IMG/VR virus record: IMGVR_UViG_3300009430_000004
Location: 124,001 to 188,000 of that record
Direction: 5' to 3' (one strand)
Length of the DNA stretch: 64,000 nucleotides
The notes beneath the pieces were generated by a model. That model ran no database searches and had not been told where the DNA came from. It was given only the letters and a program-made list of their open reading frames with translations. This document shows positions 20,233-30,687 of the stretch, one piece after another (the first letter of the stretch is position 1; every line of letters begins with the position of its first letter). Made by a program: the position numbers and the translations under genes.

Positions 20233-22188
20233 CTAATAAGTTGACAATTTATCTATCATGGCAACGTTAGGATTTATATATGGAGTATACTTTACTATGC
20301 CGTTTCCTACGATGGAACCAATTGGTTTTCGAGATCCATCATTTGCTGCGGATAGATTACCTGCTCCACCATCCCCACCGTTCCTATATACAGCACCTAC
20401 ACCAGATGTTACTGAATTAGGGGCTTTCATAGCTCCCGATAGTAGTATTTTACTTGATGAAATTGCAACACCTATAACTCTAGGTAGTTTTACAGTGCAG
20501 AAATAGTTAGTAATTATATGTATACCTCGTGCTGAATCATATGTGGATGAGTAGTAGCTAAACACTAAGAAAGAACCATTAATTATAAAGTACCCTGCAT
20601 TACCACCACCGAAACCTCCCCATCCTGTTGTAGGCATAAACGCAACCCAATGGACAGCATTATTATCCCAATCGACTGAAAATAACGCCAAATAGGTCTT
20701 TGAGCTAACACTGACAACAAAGTAACTTCCACCTTCCCACATCTGTTGTATACGTTTCTTATTCTGTTGATAGTTTCTTGAATTATATGACCAGTTTGTA
20801 TAAAGTTCCCCTATGGTTTCCCATGATGATGCTGTTGGTGATGTATTACCAAATATTCTTGCTGTTACACCATCACCATAAACAACGACAGCCTTTGTAT
20901 CAGATACCTTAGCTGCACTTATATCTGGTGTTCCATCTGCAAATCTATAGTCAAACTTATATTGCAAATCAGTATTACCATTGGCATAGAAAAATGCTGC
21001 CTGACATATATTAGGTCCAGATTCGTCCCAGTTATAAGTTACACATAGACGCCCGCCACCTAGGTGGGTTATTGCACCGTTATAGTCCATATTCTTACCA
21101 GGCATCATGACGACGGTCATTCCATGGTAGAAATAAGTACCACTGGTATACATTAAGGACACCTTAAGACCATCACCACTACTACCCAGTATTGCAAATC
21201 TATTACTATCAATACCTTCAATATCCCTAATACTATATCCACTTCCCCCATCCAATGTAACCGCATTGTTTGACCATATGGTCATTATACCAGAATCTAC
21301 GTTAATAGCTATACGTGTGAAATTGTATGTTGGGTTCGAATCGTATGTTACTAAAACGACATAAGCCGTAGCATTCTTATAATTCCCATCAATTTTTGCA
21401 CACGCACAAAATGAACCTGCACTTATTGAATATACTGCTGGGTTACCATGAGGTTCCAAAGCCCCAGTTGTGGGGTGTATTCCCATTGTCTGAAGGTAAA
21501 AAGTTGAAAGGTTGTTATACGGGCATGTTATAACCAAAACCTTATCATCAGATATCTTTTCAACACACATTATCAGGTAATCAGGACCTAAATAGTTACT
21601 TGAAAATGTCTTTGCTATATAGCTACCTGCTGCATATGAGGTTATAGGAGCAAATACTGCTGGGTCACCTGGATTAGGCCCGCTAGCAACTACAGTAGCA
21701 AGTTTTCCAGGAACTAAATTTGTTGCGTTAGTTTCTAATATCACAGGTTCAGTTGAACTAAATGTTGTTCCATAAAAGAAGAAACTATTTGGACCTAGAG
21801 CAACTCCGATAGGATGCATATTCCCTATATGTGTGTATAAAGGATATGTCAATACTGATGTAGCTGTATAAGGATAATATTCTGCACCAGTAACAAGATT
21901 TGCCCACCCATAATACATTCCCTGAACACATACATCACATGCAACACCAGGACCTGCTGGTCCACCTATAGCTATTCCTATAGGAATTTCATCCATATTA
22001 TATACAAATGGAATTATTTTACCGTCTTCTCTAAGTGATACTAAATTACCTGGGTTTACAGTTGTTTCACCAACTAAAAATGTTTTTATTATTGATTGTG
22101 GTCTTTTATTGTACATTTTGGAGAGGGAGTCTCCACCGACTCCCCCTAACATTCCATGTGCACTTAAGACATTATTAATATTAGGCAT
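20233..22188 (-). CDS. Tail-associated receptor-binding protein (beta-propeller-like repeats)
   Basis: 651 aa; 'IGIA/IGVA' flanking modules and repeated 'KISDDKVLV/KVSDTKAVV' blades. Confidence 0.55.
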   Translation of the reverse strand: MPNINNVLSAHGMLGGVGGDSLSKMYNKRPQSIIKTFLVGETTVNPGNLVSLREDGKIIPFVYNMDEIPIGIAIGGPAGPGVACDVCVQGMYYGWANLVTGAEYYPYTATSVLTYPLYTHIGNMHPIGVALGPNSFFFYGTTFSSTEPVILETNATNLVPGKLATVVASGPNPGDPAVFAPITSYAAGSYIAKTFSSNYLGPDYLIMCVEKISDDKVLVITCPYNNLSTFYLQTMGIHPTTGALEPHGNPAVYSISAGSFCACAKIDGNYKNATAYVVLVTYDSNPTYNFTRIAINVDSGIMTIWSNNAVTLDGGSGYSIRDIEGIDSNRFAILGSSGDGLKVSLMYTSGTYFYHGMTVVMMPGKNMDYNGAITHLGGGRLCVTYNWDESGPNICQAAFFYANGNTDLQYKFDYRFADGTPDISAAKVSDTKAVVVYGDGVTARIFGNTSPTASSWETIGELYTNWSYNSRNYQQNKKRIQQMWEGGSYFVVSVSSKTYLALFSVDWDNNAVHWVAFMPTTGWGGFGGGNAGYFIINGSFLVFSYYSSTYDSARGIHIITNYFCTVKLPRVIGVAISSSKILLSGAMKAPNSVTSGVGAVYRNGGDGGAGNLSAANDGSRKPIGSIVGNGIVKYTPYINPNVAMIDKLSTY

Positions 22189-22189
22189 A

Positions 22190-24694
22190 CTATGACACCA
22201 CCTTACTTAATATATTTCCGTTACCATCATATGACATTGTCCATGTCTTAGTGAGTATAACGGTCACTCCATCAGCAGCAAAATACTGCCAAGTGTCAGT
22301 TGTATAGTTAGGACTCGCTCCACCCGATAGTGTACTCTTCATATATAGAGTACCATCGGCAGGTCTCTTGTATTCAACAACAGTTGCTACCCCATTTGAA
22401 TCATGATTACTCATATATTGATTGTAAAAATCTAATTCTTTAAAATTGTCTATATCAATTATTTTCTTCCACGGTCCCCAAACTCCACCAGCCATTGCCC
22501 TATACCAAGAATTTATACCGCTGAAATCTGTTAGATATTGTACAGCGTGAATTTCATTATGTCTTAATACAGTTAAATACTTCCAAGGATGCCCGTCATT
22601 TGGTACATTAGACATATTGTAGCCCATATAGAAACCTGTGGTTATTACATCATTGGCGTTCCCGTATGTTACATCGGTACATGTTCCTCCCAATCCATAC
22701 CCACTTGGAGCAAATGATGAAGCATGTTTACCATCTAGTAAGTCAGCATCCATTCCCGTTCCAGAACCTTGATATCCACCATTCCATATAACATTACCGT
22801 TAATCATAACAGCGGCATTGTAAACACCTGCACTATTAACTCCTGTCATAAAGTTAATTGTATCAGGAGAATCGTTACCAACATATATTCTTAATTCAGT
22901 AGCTTCAGCACCGTCCTTACTTATTAATTTAATACCAGCACAGTCTCCTCCACCACCAAATGCATCATTTGGGAATCCTATTCCGTTACCATCCCCAGCG
23001 GCGAGCCATAGTTTTCCTGACATTGAACCACCAGACAGATTTAATTTTGTACCAGGGTCAAAGTTACCAGTATGCCATAATTCATGCCACGCTCCCCATG
23101 AACCATTACTCTTTAGACGGAAAAACTTACGAGCACTACCTGAACCAACAAACTCTTGAACTAACCAGTTAGGATTGGTATCACCATTATATCTCCACAC
23201 CCATAAATGTCCCCATAACCCTCCAGGGACATTTGTTGTTACCGTTGGATTAACATGGTAAAATCCTGGGTATATTGCATCATTTAGGTCAGCAACCTGA
23301 CCACCCCCAGCATTGCTTCTATAATCCCCATCGTGTAAGAAATACTGTCTATTAGAACCTGCTAATTGTGAAATACCATGTACACCATCAAGAGTGTCAG
23401 CATCTAAACCCGAACCGTCCCCATCATTTCCAGAAGACCATACTTTTTCTGGAGTTAATGCAACTTCTTTGGATATATCAGCAGGTTTAGCAACGTCATC
23501 AATTGCAACAACCCTATTAACCCTAGTTCCTTCTGCACTTGTATCACAAGCAAATACAGAGAAACCTTGCCAATAATCTTGTCTTGGGAACCACATGCAT
23601 AGGTGGTTATTATAATTGAATAATCTTATCTCAGGTATATATCTACCAGTACATATACCACCAAAGTTGATGATGGTGTTATTATAGATATATCCCTGTA
23701 CTTTGATATTGAATGGTATACACCCACCATAGGAGTTACCAACAATTTCAAACAGGAAAGACGCACCTGCCCAGTCAGCAGACCATATATCGGTGCGGAT
23801 TAACGTACCATTTATGAAATCTCTTTTTGAGCTAATATATTCCAAATCGGAAGCATGTAATCCATCTAGTATATCAGCATCTAACCCAGAACCAGATCCA
23901 TCATTGCCTGCGTTCCATACAACAAATTGACCCTCATTAGCATAATATTCTCCATTAGTGATGAAATGTAATTTACTATCTTTTTCGTAGAATGCACACT
24001 CACCACCATTAGAACCTACACCTCCAAGATAATTCCACCCCTCAGCGGCACTCCTCGGTCTCCATGAACTACTACCATCGGGAAATTTATCATGGGTATC
24101 AAGTCTTCTCCACGATGACCAATTACTCCCACTTCTAAAAACTCTTGTCCATACCCCAACACCATCAAAGTCATATGCTGTTTGGGCTATCCAGTTATCG
24201 TCATGACGCATTACTAAATAGTGACAGTGATTGGCTGAACCAAGAGGGGGTCTATTAGGATTATTATGACCCCTATAAAATCCTGTAACTTTTAATGTAT
24301 TAAGGTCTTGCTGGTCAATCCATGTAGCAGCAGTACCCAATCCATAACCAGATGGGGCATAATTCGCAGGATTTAAATTACCAGCGTGCCACACCGTATT
24401 TCCATTTACTCTAATATTTGCATCAGTATCTATAAAACCATTTTCACTATGCCATATATTCTGCTGAGTGAATCCTGGTCTATGAAATGATAATGCTGCA
24501 ATATTAGAACCATTTGATTTTATTTCTAGTGTGCAATTATTCCACATAGGTGTTCCTTCAACACCATGTTGCACCGTTAGTTTTCCCATTGTATCGCCTG
24601 TTTTATTAACTTTGCCATCGAGGCTTTGATCTACATAATCGGTCGTAGCTATATATTTATTACCTACACGGCTACCACCTCTCATATCTGACAT
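22190..24694 (-). CDS. Tail fibre protein (pair 3)
   Basis: Three GxDADxLDG linkers, APSGYGLG motifs and knob repeats (DLN...TGFY...W..W). Confidence 0.85.
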   Translation of the reverse strand: MSDMRGGSRVGNKYIATTDYVDQSLDGKVNKTGDTMGKLTVQHGVEGTPMWNNCTLEIKSNGSNIAALSFHRPGFTQQNIWHSENGFIDTDANIRVNGNTVWHAGNLNPANYAPSGYGLGTAATWIDQQDLNTLKVTGFYRGHNNPNRPPLGSANHCHYLVMRHDDNWIAQTAYDFDGVGVWTRVFRSGSNWSSWRRLDTHDKFPDGSSSWRPRSAAEGWNYLGGVGSNGGECAFYEKDSKLHFITNGEYYANEGQFVVWNAGNDGSGSGLDADILDGLHASDLEYISSKRDFINGTLIRTDIWSADWAGASFLFEIVGNSYGGCIPFNIKVQGYIYNNTIINFGGICTGRYIPEIRLFNYNNHLCMWFPRQDYWQGFSVFACDTSAEGTRVNRVVAIDDVAKPADISKEVALTPEKVWSSGNDGDGSGLDADTLDGVHGISQLAGSNRQYFLHDGDYRSNAGGGQVADLNDAIYPGFYHVNPTVTTNVPGGLWGHLWVWRYNGDTNPNWLVQEFVGSGSARKFFRLKSNGSWGAWHELWHTGNFDPGTKLNLSGGSMSGKLWLAAGDGNGIGFPNDAFGGGGDCAGIKLISKDGAEATELRIYVGNDSPDTINFMTGVNSAGVYNAAVMINGNVIWNGGYQGSGTGMDADLLDGKHASSFAPSGYGLGGTCTDVTYGNANDVITTGFYMGYNMSNVPNDGHPWKYLTVLRHNEIHAVQYLTDFSGINSWYRAMAGGVWGPWKKIIDIDNFKELDFYNQYMSNHDSNGVATVVEYKRPADGTLYMKSTLSGGASPNYTTDTWQYFAADGVTVILTKTWTMSYDGNGNILSKVVS

Positions 24695-24707
24695 AATAAC
24701 CCCTCCC

Positions 24708-27700
24708 TTACAAATTCATTTTTTCTTTTATATTTCCATTAATTATTAGTTTGTCTTTTACTTCTTGCATTTGAGTTCTACACATTTTGTCAAACTCTGC
24801 ATCTGTAAGAGCATATTTGCAAACTATTAAATCCTGATAGAAGGTATAACATAAGCCTTCCAACCACCACCCACCTAACTTAAGGTCATGTCCCCAGTTG
24901 TTAACATAGTGATTTGCTGGTACTGTACCAAGAGTTTTAGAGGCAAAAGCCTTTTGCCCGTTCATGAAGTATGCATTGACTGTTATGGTTGACCCACTCT
25001 TTATAATTCCCATAATAACAGGTCTACCACTATAGTAATAATCTCTGTTTATGGCACCATTTGTAAACCCAAAGGTTCCCATTGTATTATCATGTGCTAC
25101 CATATGATCTCCATTGAATTCTTTACCCCAGTAGAAATATCCAGCACCCTCTCCACCTAGTGAATCTATATTGTATCCTGTATATGTGTAGTCGTGCCCA
25201 AACATAGGATATTTCTTATATACTATTGACCAATCACCATTCCAGTCTAGTCCTAAATCCCTGTGTAGATTATAATGCAGTTTACCATAACCCCTATCCC
25301 CTACAAAGAATGGTGGTTTAAATGGTAAATTTACAACCATAGGGAATGCTACAAAGATGTCAAATGATATATCAGTCCATGTGGACCATCCACCGATGTG
25401 AAGTGTATTACCCGCTGGTTGAGTAGCTATATCCCCAGTAACAATATATTCTTTCCATTGGGTTGTTAATTGCAGTTGTTGAATTATTGCCTGACCTGCA
25501 CTATTATTTCCGATTATAAGAGGAACACTACATGGTTTAGTAGCTTTCAACCATATCGAACAAGTGAATCTTCCAGGAAATAATCTATTTTGTCTACACC
25601 CAAAGTAACTATCTATACTGCTATGAGGGTGTACTCTAACAGCTTTTTTTCCACCAAATGGATCTATTTGATTAAATGTAAGAGTTACGTTTTCTTTAGC
25701 ATCCCAAGCACTAAAATCCAATGGTGTTGAAACATAATTTGTCATTGCTTTACCAACAAATGCTTTTCCTCCCTCAAATAATACATTACTACCATCTGGG
25801 TTATCAGCATCTTTGTGATAGTATTGATCTTTTAAATTATCTGATAATGGGAAATAATACGCATTTTTAGGTATATAAGCAAATTTCTCCATTATTTCAG
25901 TATTAAATATATTTCCCTCTGATGTAAGAGAGAATCTTCTTTGTGATAATTTATTTATCTCATCAGCAGACAATCCCCAATTATATATTGTAACATCTCT
26001 AAATATCGCATTGGCACAACTGAGGTAAGGTTCATAACCTCTGGCACCCAATGTCCAATAAGGAATTTGTGTTAATTTATCAGGTTGATAATAACCCTGA
26101 TTAGATCCCCATTTCACATTGTTTATATATACATCAACCTGAGATGTATTTTTATATACAAATGTAATTTGACAATCGTCTTGATAAGGTGGCATATCAG
26201 CACGAGCTATTTGACATATATGACCACAGTAATTATCCCCTATATATTTCCATAGTGAACCCATATAAATTATATTACGCTCACTACCCTCAGAAGCAAA
26301 TCTTCCACCTTTAGTTAGTAAATTTGCTCTAAATGATACTGAAAATGGGAATGTTTTGGGCCATGGAAGTCCAATTCCATTAAACCCAGACCAGCTTCCA
26401 CTACTCTTAGAGCCTCTAATGAATGCTGTGGAATATTCTCTTCCTTCTTCAAGCTGCATACATGTCCAGTCTATTATGATAGGTTCACCGACTTGAGCTG
26501 AAGGTGAAAAGAAGCTAGTGTAAATTGCATCGTATCTTTCAGCAGGGTCATCTCCCGTTCTATAACCACAGGTACGCTTCCATCCATCTCCAACATCTTC
26601 TGTATATAGATCATACCATCGTGCTATATTACTTGCATATACTGATACCACAACATCGTCTTTATTAAGACAACGCCAGTAAATACTAAACGCATAAGCA
26701 GTATTTGCTTTGAAAGTGTGTACAGAACTGTGTATTCCATGAGACCAACGTTCTGTTCTAAATCCATTAACTGAACTCTCTGTTGGAGTCATTGATACTC
26801 TGTAAATAGGTTGGTCCATATACTTTTCTTTTATGACTTCTATTGAAGCTGGCACACCATAGTTATTATAAACACTAATTCCAGCATCAAGATTGTAAAT
26901 ATTTGTTGTAGAATCATCTACAGCTATACCATTTTGAGTCAATCTATGGTTTGTAAATAGCTCAATATCATGACCTGTTGACGTTTCAGCATAAATTCCA
27001 TCAATAGCCGAATCAAATACTGGATACCAATCCCTTCCGTTATCACTAACCTCAGTTTTAGTATTATAATATGAACGCCCATCACCCCAATAATGGAATA
27101 TTTTTAATTTTCGTACGTCATACACAGTCAACATATCAACTGTAATATACTTTGGAGCCCCATCAGCAAGCAACTCGAAATATTTTGCACAGTCAGTAGT
27201 ACCATCTGTCATTGAGAATAAATGTTGTGTCAAATGTGCGACAGGGCTTGTTTCTATCATAGGCTTTCCTTTAGCAACATTATTGCCTCTGAAATCAAAT
27301 GCCTGTATTTGCACCCAGTGATTACCTCCATTTGCTGTACTACCGTTAATCCAGTCCCTTATATATCTTATCTTCTTAGGGCAATAATATAATGGTTTTA
27401 ACCCTTGTATTGAAACTGCTGTATCATCAAATGGGAAATGTATTATTCCCTTTGGGATTGTAGTTTTAAAGTATATCCCTGTATCAGCAGTTTCACCACT
27501 TCTATAATCTTCAAATATTGCACTACCAGTGCCTTTTTGGATTATACCAGCCCATGCAGAACGGTAATTCCAATTTAGATATCTAAATCCTAATTTCTTT
27601 AATACTGGATATAATTTAGCATTTCCACTACTAGATGGATCATCATATGTTGTAAATATCAAAGTGTATCCATCTGGTGTATTAGTTATAAAATCTGCTA

Positions 27701-27986
27701 ATCTATCCGACTCTTCGGCTTGGTAGCTACCAAGTCCACCATGAGTGTCATATGATGTTGTATCAACAAAATCACCCCACTCATTTAATCTTACGAGGAT
27801 TATCCCTCTTGTATAATCGGCTCTTCTCACACCATCAATATTCGTATAAACAGAAATGTCAGCAGGACCTCCGATACCTGCTGACCTAATTTCTATTGTC
27901 GTTGTTTTACAAACAGCGGGAAGGCGTTCATTCACCTCCCCAGCTATTAGTAGGTCATTTTCTACTAATCTTCCCACTACTGGCAT
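24708..27986 (-). CDS. Multi-lectin receptor-binding protein (ILEI-like, F5/8 discoidin-like, LamG-like domains)
   Basis: RGI...SYDTH...YRSAWA (ILEI-like); RYIRDWING...TEVSDNG.DW (discoidin-like); HFPFD and RDVTIYNWGLSADEI (LamG-like). Confidence 0.7.
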   Translation of the reverse strand: MPVVGRLVENDLLIAGEVNERLPAVCKTTTIEIRSAGIGGPADISVYTNIDGVRRADYTRGIILVRLNEWGDFVDTTSYDTHGGLGSYQAEESDRLADFITNTPDGYTLIFTTYDDPSSSGNAKLYPVLKKLGFRYLNWNYRSAWAGIIQKGTGSAIFEDYRSGETADTGIYFKTTIPKGIIHFPFDDTAVSIQGLKPLYYCPKKIRYIRDWINGSTANGGNHWVQIQAFDFRGNNVAKGKPMIETSPVAHLTQHLFSMTDGTTDCAKYFELLADGAPKYITVDMLTVYDVRKLKIFHYWGDGRSYYNTKTEVSDNGRDWYPVFDSAIDGIYAETSTGHDIELFTNHRLTQNGIAVDDSTTNIYNLDAGISVYNNYGVPASIEVIKEKYMDQPIYRVSMTPTESSVNGFRTERWSHGIHSSVHTFKANTAYAFSIYWRCLNKDDVVVSVYASNIARWYDLYTEDVGDGWKRTCGYRTGDDPAERYDAIYTSFFSPSAQVGEPIIIDWTCMQLEEGREYSTAFIRGSKSSGSWSGFNGIGLPWPKTFPFSVSFRANLLTKGGRFASEGSERNIIYMGSLWKYIGDNYCGHICQIARADMPPYQDDCQITFVYKNTSQVDVYINNVKWGSNQGYYQPDKLTQIPYWTLGARGYEPYLSCANAIFRDVTIYNWGLSADEINKLSQRRFSLTSEGNIFNTEIMEKFAYIPKNAYYFPLSDNLKDQYYHKDADNPDGSNVLFEGGKAFVGKAMTNYVSTPLDFSAWDAKENVTLTFNQIDPFGGKKAVRVHPHSSIDSYFGCRQNRLFPGRFTCSIWLKATKPCSVPLIIGNNSAGQAIIQQLQLTTQWKEYIVTGDIATQPAGNTLHIGGWSTWTDISFDIFVAFPMVVNLPFKPPFFVGDRGYGKLHYNLHRDLGLDWNGDWSIVYKKYPMFGHDYTYTGYNIDSLGGEGAGYFYWGKEFNGDHMVAHDNTMGTFGFTNGAINRDYYYSGRPVIMGIIKSGSTITVNAYFMNGQKAFASKTLGTVPANHYVNNWGHDLKLGGWWLEGLCYTFYQDLIVCKYALTDAEFDKMCRTQMQEVKDKLIINGNIKEKMNL

Positions 27987-27998
27987 TTTACATCACTC

Positions 27999-30650
27999 CT
28001 AACCTGTATATACAAAGTCTAGGGAATTTAATGTTGAATTATACTGCAATTCAAATTTTCTCTTAATTGAGATATCACCTAATGCCATTAATTTAGGTGC
28101 ATCAACTATTACTGCTCCCGCTGAAGCTAATGCTATAACATCACTCGCATAATGTATATCATCGTTACCAACGCCTATTACAAGAGCACCATTTTCAACA
28201 GCATCACCCCAGAATGCATAGGTATTATTATCATCATACCATCTTATCCACGCTGAGTCTGAACCATTATTGATATTAGAATTAAATACTATACCAACAT
28301 TTCCACCAGGTGCTGCTGGACAGAATCCTATATCTGCTGACCTTGATGGTGCTGACATGTTAGCCCATATTTCACTAAAATGGAATCCATCAAGCTTATC
28401 AGCATTAACTGTAGCTGGATTAAAGTTACCTGCGTGCCATACTGTATTACCTTGTACTTTAAGTATAGCATATGGTGTAGCTTCATTTGTTGGTCTGAAT
28501 ATATTGATAGAGTCATGGTCCGAATATATATACATCGAACTGACTCCCTCTTTAAGGAAACCTATACCTGGGTTTTTTGACCCATTGGATCTAACTTCGA
28601 ATGCAATAGTTATACCCTCAGCCCCCCCAGTAGTATTGATATTGTCTGTTGGGCTTGAACTACTACCAGCTATGAATTTACCTGATGTGTTAAAGTAGTT
28701 ACCAGTTATAGTATCCCCAGTATCATTAATCTTTGAATTTGGATCGAAGTTTTTACTCGTCCATACACAATGCCAAGATGTCCAACCATTTGCATCATTC
28801 CATCCACCTCTTTGCCACATATCACCATAATGTGACGTATAAATTTGTTGTATACCATAAGTCCCATTATTATGAGACCTATAAACAAGTAATGTACCAT
28901 ATTGATATACTTGGTCTGCTGGTGGACAATTCGTTGATGCACCAAAATCACCGATAGCATACACCCCAGGATTTACATATTGATTCCAATTAGTGTCACG
29001 AATATCAGCATTTGTTGTATACATAAGATCCCAAAGATGTCTTCCATCGAGAGTATCGGCATCTAATCCTGAATTATGACCATCGTTACCTGAATGCCAA
29101 ACTGTATTTCCATCGAAAAGCATATTTGCACCAATTCTTGGAATTACAAGATTGTGAACACCAGTTTTTAATATTATGCCAAAGTGCCCAGCTAATTGGA
29201 CAGCACCTGCAATCTCAGACTCTTCAACTTTGACAGATGTTCTGGATAAGCCATACCAAGGTGCACCCGCAGCATCATTGTCCCCAACACTATCAACATA
29301 GAATTTTGCTTGAACTGCTGGTGCATATAATGTACCTGTCATAGTGTCTCCACCTTTACCCACTTTACTACCAATTTGGTTAGCAATAGATGTAGCAAAG
29401 TTAGGGTCATTACCCAATGCTGTTGCCAGTTCATTAAGAGTATTTAATGTATCAGGTGATGAACTGATAAGATTAGCTATTTTTGTATCAGTGTAACTAT
29501 TAGCTGCGGTTAAAGCTGAATCAGCTCTAGTTTGAGCACCCGATGTAGTTTCAAAACCACTGTCATTAACTAATTGGCTAGTGTGTGAAACGTCTAATCT
29601 CCTCCATTCAGTCCATACACTGTTGGATAGAGTTCTAACGTAAGTTCCACTATTGTTAAAGTCCACACATATCTGTGTTAACCATGCATTATGGTGTTGC
29701 ATTACTATGAAATACTTATGATTATGTGAACCAGGAGGGCAGTTAGCCATTGCATAACCCTGGTAAAAACCAGTGCTTCTTACAGTATTCATATCTGCAC
29801 TTTCAACCCATTGTGCAGTTGTTCCTAATCCATATCCTGCTGGTGCAAATGAAGCTGCATGATAACCATCTAATGTATCAGCATCTAATCCTGAGTTATG
29901 ACCATCATTGGCAGCATTCCAATAAGGTACTGTATTATCACTACTCTTATATAGCTGACCAGTGTTATCCATTTTAGCAACTGTTGCCTGAGCACCATTA
30001 CCGAAATGAACACCGTTACCTCTATAGTGATTTAGATGCAGCCAACATTCAACCTTAGGATCTAAGTGTAAGTTTCCGTCAGTGGCTGCAACACCAGCTT
30101 TACTACTGTCAATCCATGTTTTTCCACCTATCTGAAGGGACTCCTCCCACCCAGAGTTTGGGAAAATTAATGCACCATCAGCGTCTAGGGTATCCCCTGA
30201 TTTACTAAGTTTTCTAGCTGGGTCAAAATTATTATTTGACCATAATCTAGACCATGCTTTCCAATCTGTCCCAGTTGAATACCCACCTCTAACCCAAGTA
30301 TCAGAATTACCAGATGAATGTGATATATACATCTGTCCGATAAAATCACTTGAGCCTACATGAGTACCATATACTACAAGAACACCCCATTGATAACACC
30401 CAGCAGGGTAGTTAGAGTTTCCTCCACCATAAATATTGTCTATACTATATATACCAGGGGTTGTCAAGCTATTCCAATCGCCGACAAATTTCCCCATAGC
30501 TCGAAGCATACTAGATACTTCAAATCCATCGAGCAGGTCAGCATTTATGCCAGACCCATGCCCATGGACTAATTTTATTAAGTCAAGAAGATTTCCATGG
30601 TGGGCTGTTATATACCCACCAGTTTTACTTCCACCTCTATTACTTGCCAT
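27999..30650 (-). CDS. Tail fibre protein (pair 2)
   Basis: SPDTLNTLNELATALGNDPNFA shaft motif, four DAD/NAD-xLDG linkers, knob repeats, C-terminal YNSTLNSLDF. Confidence 0.88.
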   Translation of the reverse strand: MASNRGGSKTGGYITAHHGNLLDLIKLVHGHGSGINADLLDGFEVSSMLRAMGKFVGDWNSLTTPGIYSIDNIYGGGNSNYPAGCYQWGVLVVYGTHVGSSDFIGQMYISHSSGNSDTWVRGGYSTGTDWKAWSRLWSNNNFDPARKLSKSGDTLDADGALIFPNSGWEESLQIGGKTWIDSSKAGVAATDGNLHLDPKVECWLHLNHYRGNGVHFGNGAQATVAKMDNTGQLYKSSDNTVPYWNAANDGHNSGLDADTLDGYHAASFAPAGYGLGTTAQWVESADMNTVRSTGFYQGYAMANCPPGSHNHKYFIVMQHHNAWLTQICVDFNNSGTYVRTLSNSVWTEWRRLDVSHTSQLVNDSGFETTSGAQTRADSALTAANSYTDTKIANLISSSPDTLNTLNELATALGNDPNFATSIANQIGSKVGKGGDTMTGTLYAPAVQAKFYVDSVGDNDAAGAPWYGLSRTSVKVEESEIAGAVQLAGHFGIILKTGVHNLVIPRIGANMLFDGNTVWHSGNDGHNSGLDADTLDGRHLWDLMYTTNADIRDTNWNQYVNPGVYAIGDFGASTNCPPADQVYQYGTLLVYRSHNNGTYGIQQIYTSHYGDMWQRGGWNDANGWTSWHCVWTSKNFDPNSKINDTGDTITGNYFNTSGKFIAGSSSSPTDNINTTGGAEGITIAFEVRSNGSKNPGIGFLKEGVSSMYIYSDHDSINIFRPTNEATPYAILKVQGNTVWHAGNFNPATVNADKLDGFHFSEIWANMSAPSRSADIGFCPAAPGGNVGIVFNSNINNGSDSAWIRWYDDNNTYAFWGDAVENGALVIGVGNDDIHYASDVIALASAGAVIVDAPKLMALGDISIKRKFELQYNSTLNSLDFVYTG

Positions 30651-30687
30651 GATTATTCAACTCCTTTCATAAATAGTAAGGATTCTA